DNA of 64,000 nt from Yuukianura sp. NJ FZ-2021 (Eukaryota), in NCBI GenBank assembly GCA_046563655.1, contig CM102286.1, forward strand, positions 434,001-498,000, given 5' to 3'. Shown here piece after piece: positions 1-15,300 of the stretch. Below the pieces are notes generated by a model. It was not told where the DNA came from and ran no database searches. It saw only the letters and a list, made by a program, of their open reading frames with translations. The stretch's first letter is position 1. Each line of letters opens with the position of its first letter. The translations under genes were made by a program, and so were the position numbers.

Positions 1-265
1 CAACTTTCTCCAAAAGTTTCAATTTTCAAAGTTCCATTTCCAAATTCCAAACTTTCAAACGTTCCCCCCAAAACTTTCTCCGCCACGAGTGAACTCCGCT
101 TGGATTTGAGTTTTGAAATCCAGAGTTTCGCAACCGGCGTTTAAAAAGTCTGGACAAAAAGCAATGAATATTTTGAACTTCCAGAATTGTGTACTTGTAC
201 AGTGATTAAAATTTTGAAAATTTGAAAAGTTGTTGAAAATTTTTGAAAAAGTGGATTTTGAAATC

Positions 266-375
266 ATGATGGGTCCAGGTGACAGCTACCCGAACCACCT
301 CCACGCTCACCATCACCCAGGCAACCACACAATCCCTATGGATCTCCACGTCCCACAGGGATTTCCATACTACCG
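266..375 (+). CDS. trh: trh distal first coding exon ([37 protein letters not shown])
   Basis: ATG at 266, GC-rich coding-like island, donor CG|gtgag at 376 in phase 2. [13 protein letters not shown] resembles N-termini I recall from arthropod Trh isoforms. Not in the ORF track. Confidence 0.78.
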
Positions 376-3300
376 GTGAGAACTATTTCGTTCTAAACAA
401 AAGTTTTTTGAAAAGTTCTTTCAAAATTTTGAATCCTCTTGTTCGAAAAGAGGATTAATTAGTTAAGCTCCTTTTCAAAAAACACATCATCATTCACCTA
501 ACCTGAAAAATCCCCTCACCTAACCACACCTTTTCGTAATTATGAAACCAAATTAGTTCCAATGGAACCACTCAAGTAGATCGACTCACTTGCACAATAG
601 AAGACTTTTTAAAAAAAACTCAATTCAAATTTGAAATTGGATTAATAGCTAAACAGACAAAGATTTGCATGATCTGTTCCTGTGCTGTAGGTAAGGAGCC
701 CTTGTAAGGGCTCCAGGAACAATAGAGGGGCCCTTATTCCCAGCAGGAACTAAAAAGCAACCACCGGAGTGGAAACCATCCTCATTTCTTTGTTTGACTA
801 AAAGTTCAAAATTTCCCGGACTTTTTTGAAACTTTTGAATCACCCGGTACAATTTGTGTATTTAGTGTTGATTCTAATCCTCAAGTTTAATTATAAGCTC
901 ATGAAGCTTAAGCTGCAGGGAGCCACCACATCAGCAACCACATTTTCAAAATCTCCTTTTCAAAAATAATCCCTTCAAACAATTTTTTTATGCGGTTTGT
1001 AGAAAAAAGTTTTTTGTTTAAGCAAATTCAAAATTTCAGAACGCACACTTCGAACTTAATTTGCCATTACTTTGCCATTTTTAAATAAGTTTAGCACAAG
1101 GGAAGTTTTTTTTTCGCTTGCAAATTTTTGAAAGAAGAATGAATTTTACGGTTAGGAGGAAAAAGCTGGAACAAAGCAGCGGGAATTTTAAAATTCAAAA
1201 ACGCTCCACTTTTCATTCACCCTCCAAATGTGCATAAAGTGACACCGTTTTGTTAAATGATCAGTCTAATTATAAAGTGGTTGATTATGCAGTTTTAAAT
1301 TCTATGGGAATGTGTGAACTAAAAACCAGCGGGAAAAGTGACATTTGACAAATTCAATTTTTTTTTGTTCGCATTGGTCTGGATCTCACTAAAATGCACC
1401 TAGTTAACAAGCCCCTCTGCTTAGCCTCAATTTTTCAAACTTTTTTTTCAGGAGTTGAAAAGATGCATGAAATTTCTCATTAGACAAAAATATTTTTGTA
1501 ACACCAGGATGAAAAGTGAGGACAAGAGAATTAAAGTTGTAAATTTTATTTCATCATGCTGTAAAATTCACACCTCAGCCTCATTCTAGAACGATTTTAC
1601 CATAAAATTTGAGAAAAAATTGAAAAACAAAGTTTTTAAATTTTTTTTAAGTTTTTCGAAAAATGGAGGTTTTTGGTAGCATGGATGGGTGAGTAGCCCT
1701 TAGTTTTTGTTTCCACTGTGAAATGCATTCACTGGGAAAGATTTAATGACAGGCTGCGTTTCTTGACTTTTATTTTTTGTAATCAGTCACAATCTGGAGT
1801 CCAGTTAAAAAGTACAATGTACACCATGGTTCAAAAGGCATATAATTGTACATACTATGTATATAATTCCATGTACTATGTGTATAATTAGTTATCAAAA
1901 ATGGAAAACTTAAAACAAAGACAATTAGTTGAAGTACAGAGGTGCATGGGAACATTGTTCAAATTAGACGAATTCAACAACACTTTTTAGTAAAGAGTGC
2001 AATGACTCTCACATCTCAACAAAAAAAAAACAACTCAAATTAGACTCATATTACTAATTAAAACTCGGAAATTTATACATGTAACTTTTCAAAAAAAAAA
2101 ATACATGTAAATTTTATATTTTCCGGTGGGGAAATACAAAACTTCAAATTTTGTACTTCCCACTTCAAAACGCTGCAATAAATTTCAGTTTTAAGATGAA
2201 AAGTTTAAAGAATTGCTTCAAAGTATCTCTTTTTCATTTTTTGTTGTATTCAAAGTGAGTGTAAATTTGAATTTAGCAGTTGACCTTTGACCTTCCCGCC
2301 ACAAATCACAGCCCTCCAATTGATTGACTCTGTATGGAAATAGGAGAAGATGACCTCGTGACCTGCGGCATACTTTGAGCAACCTATCTTCTCATCTTGT
2401 CCACTTCGGACGCCGTTGTGCTCTTCCTGGGAGTCCCGTCTTGTCACTTTTTTAGTCAGACCACATAGTTTACAATATTGCACGCACAAGATGTAGTTGA
2501 CCTCTGAGGGCAATGACCTCTTGACCTCAACTTAATCAAAATAACTGAACAAAATCAACCGGTCAATAATATCCTTACTTTGACCTTTGACCTTCTCAGA
2601 GCCTGGGAACAACCAAAATCAATTAAGTCTTGCCCAAATTGCAGCACTGAAATTAATCAAACGCTTTCAACAAAGCGCAAAGTTTGAAAAAATTCCAGCC
2701 TTAAATTTTCAAGAAGTCTATTGACATAGTTTGTCAATTAGCAAAATTTTAAGTTTTTTTTAAAAAAAAACATCGGGGTTGAAAATTTACTGTTTTCGTT
2801 TGTTCACAAGTCAAAAGTTTCAAAAAATTTCATCCACCAATTTTGTGACATGGGAGAACCATCAACTTTGTCAAAAAGCAAAAGTTTTAATTCCGTTTTT
2901 TTAAAGCTTCTATCGGCGTTGAAGTTTTTACAGTTTTTTTTGTGCAAAGTGATGGGAATTGGCAAAAGCACATTTATCATTGATGCATGTCTCCGTTTTT
3001 TACTAAACTTTTAATAACCCAGAATCCTGCAGTTGGGGTTTGATGACATTTTTTGGAAAGTCGAATATGAAATTTCCGTAACTGTTGGACAAACTTCATT
3101 TTTTTGAACTTCCGCAAAGATTTTTTGGGTGTCAACAATGGAAAAATGTTTCATAGATACAGAAGTCTCCCTTTTTTCGTTTTTTGTGAAAAGTACTTTT
3201 TCTTGTTTGCTCTCCAAACTGGAACTAAAATGATTCAAGTCAATCACCCTCTTTTCACAAAAAATAAAAAACACTTTGGCAAAGTGGCATTTTATGGTCC

Positions 3301-6300
3301 ACTTCAAGAGGTGTTAGAGGAGGGAAATTTCGAATCTTAAAAAAAAATGAAAAAATCGAGCCCTAACGTGTTCAAAACCATGTTCGAAATTAATGATCAA
3401 CCTAAATGACAAGTTAATTACACAGTGAAGAACCTTATCACAGAAACAAAAAAAAATTATCCAAAATTGAATGTTTGAAAAGTCAAAATTTGAAAAAGTT
3501 GTGTAACAAAATAATTTTCAATCCCACTGTAATTGATTCAGAAATCTAAAAGTCACGCGATCATCGTTTTTAGTTTTCAGTGTTTAGAAATATTAATTTC
3601 TAAACAGCTCAAAAACTCCCATTTCAAAAACATTTAAAAAAATGTTAAAGTGGTAAATTTTTGGCACTAAATTTTTTCCCCATTGTCAACTACTGTCTGT
3701 TTTGTGTTTATGTAGATTTAAAATTTGAAATTTCCTTTTGGCGTAACGTCATTAACAGGGCCACACTGAAATGAAATTTCCTGGCACATTAGTTTTTAAA
3801 TGCTCTTTTATGTTTTGGTTCTGGGCATTAGCACATTAAATTTTCCTGAAATTTGAGAGGAGGGAGATTTTAAAAAGTCTTTTTCTGGGACATTTGCATT
3901 AATGAGACATTAAATGACAGGGGGAAGCTGTATGAACAGCCTCTCTCTTTTTTTCTAAATGGAAGTACTTTTTTATTTGTTTTGAGGCAGAAATTTTAAA
4001 ATTCCTCTCTTTTTAATTACGACTGGCGGGAAGGTTCAAATTTCGCACCTCGAGGTATCATGACGCTAAAGTTTAAAACTTTACACCTAAGTGAACAAAG
4101 TTCAAATGTGGTTCAGTTTCACAAAAATTTCAAAATTTCAACGCTTAAAAAACTTGTAATTCTGAACATGTTTGGGTTTTACCAAAAGATAAACTCATGC
4201 TAAGTACTTTTCAAATTTTGGTGATAAATTCCATCAAATCTGAAGTTCTCCGTAAATGCGCAATATTTAAAATTTGAAAATTGCCACAAAATGAAAGTTT
4301 TTTGAAGTAAAATGGCTTGAAATGAGCAGCACAATGGTCCAGTAGCTTTTTAAAATCCAAATCTGTTGCCCGTGGAAACAGATTTTTTTACTTCAAATTT
4401 TTTTTATGGTGGGCCCTTGAACCTGCCCCGGGGTACTTAAGTCTTCTGCTCCTGATCTTCGACCAAGATGAAGAAAAGGGCTAAGCTTCCCAATAATTAT
4501 CTTCGTCCACTTATAAAAAAAACTTGATTTTTTTAAATTTTTGAATAATAGGATCAGAAAAGTGCTTCTGGTTGAGATTAGAATCAGAGATGAGTTGGCT
4601 TGATCTTTGACCTGATGCAAAGTGTCCTTGGCCCCTTGGATTGAGGACTTAATGGACCAGAAGGTCACGACATGCAGATGCTGAGGGGGACTTAAGGGTC
4701 CCTGTCCAAGATACTTTTTGAATTTGACATGAATCTGATTCAAGAGTTGACTTTTATAAGATACAAATCTCTCCAACAAAGACACTGATGACCGCACACA
4801 TAGGATTCGTCAAAAGTTCTGAAGGGACACTTGACATTATCATGTTACTCAAATTGCACATTTTACATCTTCATACGATTTTTCACTTTTACATGTTTTA
4901 CGGTCACATTTTTACATGTTCATAAAAATTTACATTTTTTACATCCACCTTACACCTTTTCGTTAAAAAAAACAACTAAACTTACTTTTTTTTCGGTGCG
5001 TCAGAACCGGTGTTTTTCGGCTTAAAATTTGTCCATTTAAAGCATTGTTGAGCAGAATTTGTATGTTTTGTGCACTGCTGAGCAAAAGGTAGTGTATGTA
5101 ATGAGTGTCTAGTAAATTTTTCCAAAATTTAAATTTTTGCCTCCTTGTGGCCCTAGTGCTGTTAAGTGTCAGATTGTTCATCAGAGACAGAGGAAGATGC
5201 ATTAGCGGTGGACAATGGAAAATATGAAGTGCATCTCTGACCTCGGAGCTCAACTTTAAAAAAAATCTATTCTTTCGTATTTTGATATGACATGAAATTT
5301 TTATAGTAACTTGACACGCCATCATTTATCCATTTCAAAATCTCAAACAACAAAAGTATCATCTTAACCAACAATAAAAAATCAACAAAAACAGGAACTT
5401 TTACTTCATTTTGCATCGACTACGTATCAAACTACTACACCTATATACCAGCTAAGCAGAGTTTTTAAGTTTGTGCAAAACTGAAATTTCAAGAGACGTT
5501 GAAGTTTTTCTAAAATTTAGTTTTGGATGTTGTTCAAATGGATTTTGGTACAGTATCTACTACATGTATTTTAGCAAGTAAAGTGAAGTTAGTACGTGTA
5601 TGTGCAATTATAATGTAATTACAGGTTGCAATTAGTTGCAACTGGGGTGTTTCAGAACGTGTGGAACCTTGTTGAATTTAGTGTTTATGGCGGCGGTAGT
5701 TGCGTGCGGCGGAGGGAAAATTTGGATTCAAATTTGAGTTTTCCAGTTGCGTCCACGATATTTGAAATATTTGAATCCCACCCTCGATTTGTGGTTTTGT
5801 TTTGGTTGAATCTGTCGCTTCATTGCATCTTCCCAGCTCCAGTTTCACATTATCCCAATCATGTGGTTTACCCAGCGGATGCTCAGATTCGGGAGTCAGA
5901 AGGGGTGAAATGACCCCCCCCCTAGCAATAGGGGGGGTTGAACCCCCCTGGGGGGGGGCTTAAAGGGGTGAAGTGATCCCAGGTGGAGGGAACGACGTAG
6001 TTGTGGTTCCAACCCTTCCCTGGTCAATGGTAATGACCACGGTAGTGACAAGTATGGTTTTAATAGCTTCCATAACTTCAACATTTACACAAAATTGTCT
6101 TTTTCATAAGCTTTCACTTCAAAACATAACGGAATTTAACAGAAACCTAACTAAGCTAACTTAAACATAATTAAAATAACGCAAGCCAAGAACACAACCA
6201 TCAACCACCGAATCGTTTCGTAACATGGCTAAAACAAAAAAAAATCCTTCTACCAGAAAAGATATAAGGCAGAATTTTAGTTTTTTGAATTCTGCTTCAG

Positions 6301-9300
6301 CTTTGCTTTTGTTAGAAATGAAAACTTGTTCTAAAACTAACAAAATTCAAAACTGTTTTGAGGGATGAAAAAATGTAGATTGTGTTGTGAAGTGCAGAGA
6401 TTCGTGAGTGAAGGTGTGAAAGCAATTGAAATGTGTCATAAGGTTGTAGACATGCAAAGTAATTTTCCAGCACGATTTCAACTAACTTTTGCCTTCCTTT
6501 GCTCGGTGAGAAACTTTCAATTTCAAAACAACATTTTCAATTTTTTGCATAACTTGGATCTTCATTTTTATTTGCTTTCCTCCACTTTTCCAATCACGCC
6601 AACAACCAAACTGGACTTTAAATCTTTCAATTTTTACGACTTTTAGGAGGTGGGTTCAGTTTTTAGCAAAAATTCCAAACTCCACCGTGGGAACAAAACA
6701 GAGATCAAAATTATCCAAAGTAGCCACTTGCAATAAGTCAACTTTTTCAAAAATTTCGAAATTTTCAAATCGTGATTTTCCGAAAACGCCCTTATAAACT
6801 TGAAGCAACTTATAAATTTTCCTAAAAACTTACACAATTCCAAATTTTTTATTTTCGACTTCAAAAAAGCATTTTACGTCGTGCAGGTATTTTTTTCTTT
6901 GTAATTTGAACTTTCTGTTGAAAAAATAGCAAAAGTAAAAGAGAAATCGGGAAATTAGGGTTTGTGACTGATGATGATTTCTGTAACTTTTGAAATGATT
7001 AAAAATCGTTAGTTTTTTCAGTTTTTGTATCATTTCGGACACTAATGTTTCGTTTTTTTGAAAAATCGTTTAGTTGAATGGAATTCCATTACTTTGGTTT
7101 TTAATTGCTGTGGGTGTAAGTTGTGCAGCGTAGAGAAACGTAAGAGGAGGAGAGACAAATAGAAGGAAGTAATTGGTTAATTTCAAAGTGGCAGATTTAT
7201 GCCTTTGCCCACACTCAAGTTCTGGGCAGGAAAGAAGATGAAGTGCAAGATATTAAACACAACCAAAGTCCCGCCTAATCTCAAAAAACTCTAAACAAAA
7301 CCAGTAATTAATCTAACACTCCAAAATAATTCATTCCCAACTTCAAAATACAGTAAAACACTCAGTTTTCCAAAAATTAAAACTTCCAAACTTAAAAACT
7401 GCTCTCCAAAGGGCCAATTTCAAACCATTTTTGTGGAATTTGTCTTTTCAAGTTCCATTTTTCTGATGGAAGTCACTTGACGAGTCAAGTTTTGGTGACT
7501 ACGCATAACTTCTGTGCAGAAGTGGCATTTTTTTACATTTATGAAAATCAGTTTCAAGAAAAACTTCATTTTTCTTAAAAATTGTTGTTTTTGTTCCCTA
7601 ATGCTTTAATTTACGACTGATGAGATTGTTTAACATATTCATTAGGAAGAGCTTAACACAGTTAAGATGACTTTTTGAGTTTTAAAAATGTAAATGTTTT
7701 GTTGGCAAGTGGCTTTTAACTTTAACTTAATTTTTTTCTAATGAGTTCATTTGGCTACTTTGGGGAAAACCTGTCTCTGCTTTTCTATCGCTTAACATAG
7801 TCTAAGCATAACTTAACAAAGTGGTTGGTCTTAATTGCTCTTAAGCAAAGGAGTCATAACACAGATTAGGCGGCAAATGTGAACGACCCACTAAGCATTA
7901 CACTAACAATTTGACAGGTCACACTTCCTGGGCGGTGGCTGCGCATATGCGAGTCGATCTACTTCTGCGCAACTCAATTTTAAATTCTTGAGCCGAGAAA
8001 TTCCTAAGTTTTTAGCCAAAAGCATCTTTTAGAACTTAAAAAGTGCAAAATCCACTAAAAATTTAAACACGCCTCATAAAAAGTTGCAAAACGCAGAAAC
8101 ATGTTTTAGAATAGGAAAATCTATGAATATCACTTATAAAAACGACCAAAAATTAATAAACCCCCATAAAAGTTGCAAAAGGCAGAAAAAACTCGTGAAA
8201 AGAAAATCTGCAAATATGGTTTTCAAGAAAGTAGAAAACGAGAAAATGGAAGTGGAAGAGAAATCAATGAAAGTGAGATCAAATGAAGGTGTGGGATGAA
8301 ATGGGAAAATATTGGAAGAAAGTGGAAACGGCGGGAAACTGACGTCGTAAAAGCAGTGCGAGAAAACGGGAACGAAGAGAAAAAGGCTTTCTGCCTGATT
8401 CCTTTGGCAATGACTTGGAAAGTCAGAAAGCTAGGTTTTAAGGTTCGGCTAGGCAGGAGAAAGTTAGGTTATGCTAGGGAAAAATCCATTTGGAGTGAAA
8501 GCAAGGTCGTGTAGCCTCCACGTCACGTACCCATCACCTTCCGTTTCTCTGGATCTCTCTCCGTTGGTGCTAATTTATTCATTATTCCCATCAAAATGTG
8601 TAGTAATGATACTGACATTAACTCCCAACACGTTTCTCAAGAGACCTCTAAAAAATAGCACACGAGAAAAACATAAGAGTTCTCCAGCTTTTTTTTGAGT
8701 TTTAAACCCATTTCACTTTTTCTTCAACCTTTTTCCAATCAATTCCGAAGGATTTCCGAACCTAAGAAAACGAAAAAGTTACTTTCGCAGCATTACTCCC
8801 CCCATAAAATTCAAATTTTTTCAAAATAGTTTTTACTCGTTTTCTCTTTGTTTTTAGTTTAAATTTAAAGGAAAAAGCGTTTTAAATTTGTTAAGTGCAT
8901 GAATTAGTTTTTTGTTTTGTGTTCAACTTTTTGATGATGGTTTTGATGTTTACTCTCATTTTTTGGAAGTTGTGTTTTAGCGCGGCTTCTTTTTAAAGTT
9001 CGTAAACAGTAAAGGGGTGGATTCGAGTGGGCAACCTTGTCAGTCAATCGTTTTTTAAAAAGCAAGGGAGAATTCTGGGTGTCATGTCACTCATGCGCCT
9101 TCATCAAATCTCAGCGTTTTAACACTTTTGAAATGAGCGGGTTAAAGGCTTTTAAATTTTCAAAAAGTGCTTCCGCGAGTAAAATTAAAATTCAGTTTTT
9201 TTCTGTTCGTCTGAGATGTACTTGGCCTAAAAAGTCCGCCCACTTTTCCTTCAAAAATTTTAATAGACCTCCACACTTGTCTTTTGCTGCTGGTCAGTGT

Positions 9301-12300
9301 ACATGGGCTTACTACTTTTCAAAAAAGTAATCTTCTTCTTTGGCGGCAAAATCCTTCTGCACGCAACTTTTAAATCCAAAAGTCAAAATTCCACTTTCCA
9401 GTTTCCAACTTTTGACTTTTAAAAAGTAAAACAAAAGAAGTTTTCACAAAAGTGTAACATTTTTTGTGCGTCTTGTAAATATTTTATGCTGCGTAAACTT
9501 TTTGTTACTTCCAGAGGATGGAATCATAGTCCATAAACTTTGGAACAAAAAATTTAGAGAAAAGTGTGGATAGGAAAGTGTGATTTTGAGCGTTAAGATT
9601 ATATAAAATTGAGACAAGTTAGTTTGAAGTTGTTGGTCGGAGTGATGATGAGTCTGGAGACAATTACGCCTGCGCAGAAGGCTGTAATTTGGGCAAGTCT
9701 ATCACATGAGTTATGGCTTCCTTTATTACCCCAATCATTGTAATTTTCAAGTCATTTAGAATCTGATGCAACAACAACTTTCTACTTTTTAGAACAAAAA
9801 AATCTGGATTTTGAAGAAAAAAATGTGAAGAAGCTAATTTTAGGAAAGGATGGACGTTTTTCTAGCAACTGCAGAAGCAGTAACATTCAATAACCATGAT
9901 TTTCAAAATTACTGTTCTGAACAATTCAATTTTGAAAATTTTCAAAAAATTTCAAATTCTGAATGTAGAGTTAGTTTTCAGCAGTTAGCGTGTTAGATTT
10001 CTAAAGGAAGGAGGGTTGCGTAACGCGGGAAGATTCAATGTTGACGTTTCAAAAATTTGCAATCTTTGTTTGAACACCTAAAAAAAAATTGTTCAAAGCT
10101 TACTGCTTCCGTTGCAAAACTTTTGACAAAGAAAAGTTCGCACACAAAAGCATTTGCTTCTCAGCCCGTTCGGAATCAGAAACTTTTTATCACCTTAGCT
10201 CTACGTTTGCTTTTTATTCTGTTTGAATTTTTTAAATTTTGTTGAATCTTTTTTTTTGAAAAGTTAATGTGTACTATTTGAAAAAGTGTTCTGCTTAACA
10301 TATTCATAGGTAAGGAGGGGTAAGTAAATGTTAGTGATTGAGAACTGTTTCTCCTGTGAAGGTTATAACCTGCAATTACACAGCTTGAGTCCATTTCTCT
10401 TGGAAATCCCTTGCAACAGAGATCATTCACACTGCAGACGAGGACCCCTTAAGGGCCCTCACACTGCAGAAGACGAGTACCCCTTAAGGACTCATCTCTT
10501 TTGCGATCTGTTTATGAGGGGGTTGAGTGCACTTTCGGTGGATTTTCAACAATAGTTGCGAAATAGATTATGATTCATGCCAAAGGGATGGAGCCCTTAA
10601 GATGATCCCTGCGAAAGGGATGGGGCCCTGAAGATGAGCCCTTCAATGGAGATCTTTTGTGAAGAGAAAAGCAATAATTCAGCAACAGAAACAAAGTTTT
10701 TGAGCCGAACTAACCCTTTGTTGCTTTTATTTGTTTACAGGTATCGAAACGAAGCTTTTCCGTGGGGTGAGAGGTAAGAAGTCAATGAAAATCAAAAGTT
10801 TTCCATTCAAATTTAAAATTTAGCGCAATTTTTCAAATTTTGACATTCAAAATTTATATGAATTCGAAAATACTGACTGGTGTAACTTTCATACAGAGCA
10901 GCTAAAAAGTGAGATACCTATGCAAAAACCAAGAAAACTTTTTTCGTTTATTTATAAACTTAACGACGGCGTTGAAATTAAAAGTTAAAAATGTTGAAAC
11001 TTCAACTTCTTTTAAAATTTGAAAATGAAATCGGATTCCGACAGGAGGAAAGTGAATAAATTTGAAGGTCAAGAGGTCATTTGTTGTGGAAGTTGTACAA
11101 AAAATAGTTTTGATCTCACATGATCATTAGACATGAAAATTGAAATGCAGAAAATAGTGGTTTTGGTTTCGGTATCTCGTTGAATGTTGAAATTTACACT
11201 TTTTCCGGAGGGTATAACATTTAACCTCTGCTATTTGTGTGTGTAGCATCTGGCTCCTGCAGTTTCTTTTTTTTTTTGTCTCAACCTGACTATTATTAAT
11301 AAAACAAAAAAGTGAACAACTTAAAAAAAACAAGAATTTGTTAAAAACTTTTTGAAGTGTACGAAGTGTTTTTGTTACAACAAATTACAAAGCAGAAGCG
11401 CCAAAATACCTCTAAGCACCAAATTTAAACTTTTTTGAATCTTGACAATTAAACGCACTTAACATTCCTTTTGTTCTTTTGACATTTGGTTTTTAAGTTC
11501 AATTGTTTTTTTAACAGATAAAAATCTCGTTTCAAACGCAAGTGCATTTTGAAACGAGATTTTAAAAGTTAATGAAAAAACCGACTGAACTGGTTCACTT
11601 TTAATTGTCTCTTATTGCAACTTCCGTGTGCCAAGGGGATAAATTTTGCAAGTGCAAATTTGCTAATTCCAATGCACCAAATTTTAACGGGCATGTTGAA
11701 TTTTAACAGTTGGAGGCAATTTGAACTTTTTTTGTCCTTTTCTGAAAAGTGATTTTGATCTCCGGTTGTTCAAAAATAATGATTTGGTTTGTTTTGAGCC
11801 GAGTGAGGACACTTTTGAGTTTGTATTGAACTTGTGACCTCGTTACTCCTTCTGATTGAATTGATTTAAAATCAATTAAGAGAGGCTGTTTGAACTGTGA
11901 AATCTTGTGTGATCATTTAACTTCATTATAAACAAATGTCAAGGGATGCAGAGATGGGCATCGCACATCAACACATGACCTCTCCTGTGCTTAAAGTCAT
12001 CATGATTGGGCATTTCTTTTATTTCCTGATGCCCAACTCTGAAATAAACCCAAACACAATAATTGTCCCGCTGTGACTTCATTATTTGACAGGAGGGGTG
12101 AGAAAGTGATACACAACAAACGCCTCTCTTCCCAACCCAGCCATTTTCCAATTTAAGTTAAGCATCTTTTTCATTTTGACCAAAATTTCAAAATTTTGAA
12201 ATCGAAAATCTTATCATTCAATTCTCCTGGAAATCTTAATCTTATCTGACGACGTGTTCTTAAATTGCAAAAGTATAAATATTTTTAATTTTTTTGTTTG

Positions 12301-15300
12301 GAATTGTACTGAAAAGTGATTTTTTTTTTGTTAAAAAGTCATCTATAATGTGTAGAATGTTGAATGAAAAGTGCAATTTGCAATTATGCAGAAGTTGAGG
12401 GGGGTTTTGCTGGAGAAGTCTAAGGGGGTGAGTTTTGGGGGTGAGAAGGTGATTTTGGTGAGAGTGGAGGGGATGATTGGATTGTGGAGGAATTGCAGCG
12501 AGGAGCCCAGTCACATACTAAATGCTTTCAAGGGGTGAAGCACAGATCACAGCCTCATCTTCATCTTCTGTAGGCTCTGGAGGCATCTCTACCTTAAGTG
12601 AGACAGTGGACAGTTAGTGTACCAACCCTTGAACCCTTAAGGGTCCCTTCAAGGGACACTTTTAAAGCAACAGTGAAGAGAAACACAGAAGAAGCGAAAG
12701 TCGTTTTAAGTGTTAAAAAGTTCAAGAAGTCAGACTGCAGTTTTCAACCGGTGAATTTCTGAGAATTAAAACAGTATTGGTTCAAACTTTTTTAAAATAG
12801 TACAATTTTGAACATTATTTTTTTGGAAAAGTGATCATGAGGTGTGTTAATTTCGGAAAATGTAGTGAACTGGTTTCTTTTTGTAGAAACTTGTTGAACA
12901 TGTATGATTAGTGTTCCTTCTGCTGGTAAAATGCTCATCAAAATGTAAGTTTTCAAATGTCATTTCCTACTGTCAATTTTTATGTCACTTTTTTGTTTAA
13001 CCAAAGTTGCAATTAGCAAAGTGTTTCAAATTGCAATTAAATCAATCCTGCAAGTTGCCCAACCGTTTCGATACAACTTACAATCAAGTACTTGTTGCTC
13101 GTGTCAGAATTCAAGGAATTTGAATAAAATGTTTCAAAATTTTGAGATTTCGGTATTTGAATTTGAATTTGGCGGCAAGTGATTGCGTAATGGCAGGAAA
13201 AGTAATGTGCAAATTTGACAATCTGCAAAATTTAAATGGCCTTGCTCCGTCGCCTCAACAGCGCGGAATGTTCAGACGATTGTAGTAAGTTGGTCTATCA
13301 TCCAAACTGGTCAAACTACACAATAAATTTATCTTCAAAAGAATTTTTTGTGTTTCAAAATTTTTTTGAACAGTTTAGACAAAAATTTTGGTGTAACTTT
13401 TTTTCTTTCCTAAGATCATTTTGTTGTAATTTCATTGAAAGGATACAAAGTTCAAGCCGTTTCAAGCAATAATAGTAAAAACCTATTCATTTTCAGTTTT
13501 TAAGTATGTTTCAAGGAGGTAATTTTCAAAATGAAAAAATGAAATTTCAAAGTACCCCATACTTAACTTTTACCTTAAACGACAATTTGTCATTAACAGT
13601 TTAACCTCCATTATTCAAAAAAGTTACTTTTTAAAACAAAAATTTAGAAAAAGTTGAATACCTCTCTCATTCTTTTCTTTACAAATTCTTGTGCAAGTAA
13701 CAAGGGAAAAGTGGGGTCATAAAAAACCAAAACTTTGCTGCCGTTTCATGTTTTTTGTTTTAAAAAGTTATTCAACTATGCTTGTTTTATTGAACTTTTC
13801 TTTAAAATGTTAAAAAAACGACAGAATTATTCAAAATGTTAACCAATTTTATGGTTGAGGAACAACCCCCCACTGTTCCTTACTTTTTTAAAAGCTGACG
13901 TTTTGTTTTAAAATGAGAGTTTTAATTTTAAGTAGCCTCGTTGTTTTTGAACAACATTTTTGTTAGCATGTGCTCCAATTGTCACTACCGTAAACCTTTT
14001 AAAACTTTTTGAACATGAACTTCGAGTTTTGAAGTTATTTTGAATTTCCTGCTTGAGGGGGGAGAAGACCCTCCACGCTGTTCAACTTTTCAAATTAGAA
14101 TTGAACAAATTAGGTTTTCAAAAAATTTTGAACAGGAACTTATATCTTGCGTTACTAAATATAAAAATTGGACAGAAAATAAATGTCAGTTCAAGTTGAA
14201 CTTTTTCGAAAACGTCCGACATTAATAAGGGTTCACCACATGCAGTCACTGGGGCCCTTCACAACTTGAGTGAAGAGATCAAGGGACACGGTGGTGGGCC
14301 CTTAAACAAAAAAAAACTTTTCTAAAACTTTTTAGAAAACTTTTATTTGAAAATTAACTAATGAGTATTTTTAAGAAAAAGTGAAGCTGAGTAATTCAAA
14401 TTGCGGCGTTCTTTGATTATTTTTTAAGTTGAAATGTTTGTGATGGACACAAAATTAATTGCTTTTTGCTTCCATCAACTCGAATAAAATAAAGTTCCAA
14501 AAAAGTCTTAAAATTTTTGAAGTTCGTGACCTCCAAAAAGCCCTCAGTTTAATTACTGCTTTGTTTCAAAACTTTTGGTATGAGAGAAAAACTTTTCTAA
14601 AACTTTTTTTTCTGAAAAGGCGACACTTTTCAACACTTTTATTTTTAATGGTGTGACATTGGGATAAGAAAACAGACAAAAAAGAAATTACATGGCACCT
14701 CAATTAGGTCAAAGTGTTCAAATCCAATTTTATTTTAATCTTCCTACTTTTTTTAAATCAAGACATTTAAAACCAACCAAAAATACCAAACAAGGAAAAT
14801 TCCCACGCTGCTGTTCAATTTTGACAACAGGCGCCATTAGTTTTAAAAGTAAAAACTTTACTTAAATTCAGAACCAAATTCAAAAAAGTTAGAAAAAGCA
14901 ATGGGACAACATTTTCTGATATAAAACCAAAAAACAGTGATGCGTAAAGTTTTTTTTTGTCGATTGAGTGTCAACTTTTGAAGTGGAAAGTAATTAAACG
15001 GCTTGTCAATTTTGAAATGGGCGGTGAATGTAAAAAAAAACGGAGGGAGCTTTACCAGATATTTTGAAACTTTGTTGTTGTTCTCTTGGTTAAATTACTT
15101 TTCAATGTTAAAAGTTGTTTCAAAATTTCCATTTTATCAGAAGTTTTGTTTTTTGTGAGTAAAAAGTGGGAAGGAAGGTTCCATTTATTTTCCTTTGCTC
15201 CTTGTCTCATCTTCTGAACTTTTTAAATTTTTTTGTTCGGGGGAAGGGTTAACGTCTACTGAATGTTGGAAATTACCGTGTAGACAGAACGGCAATCACT

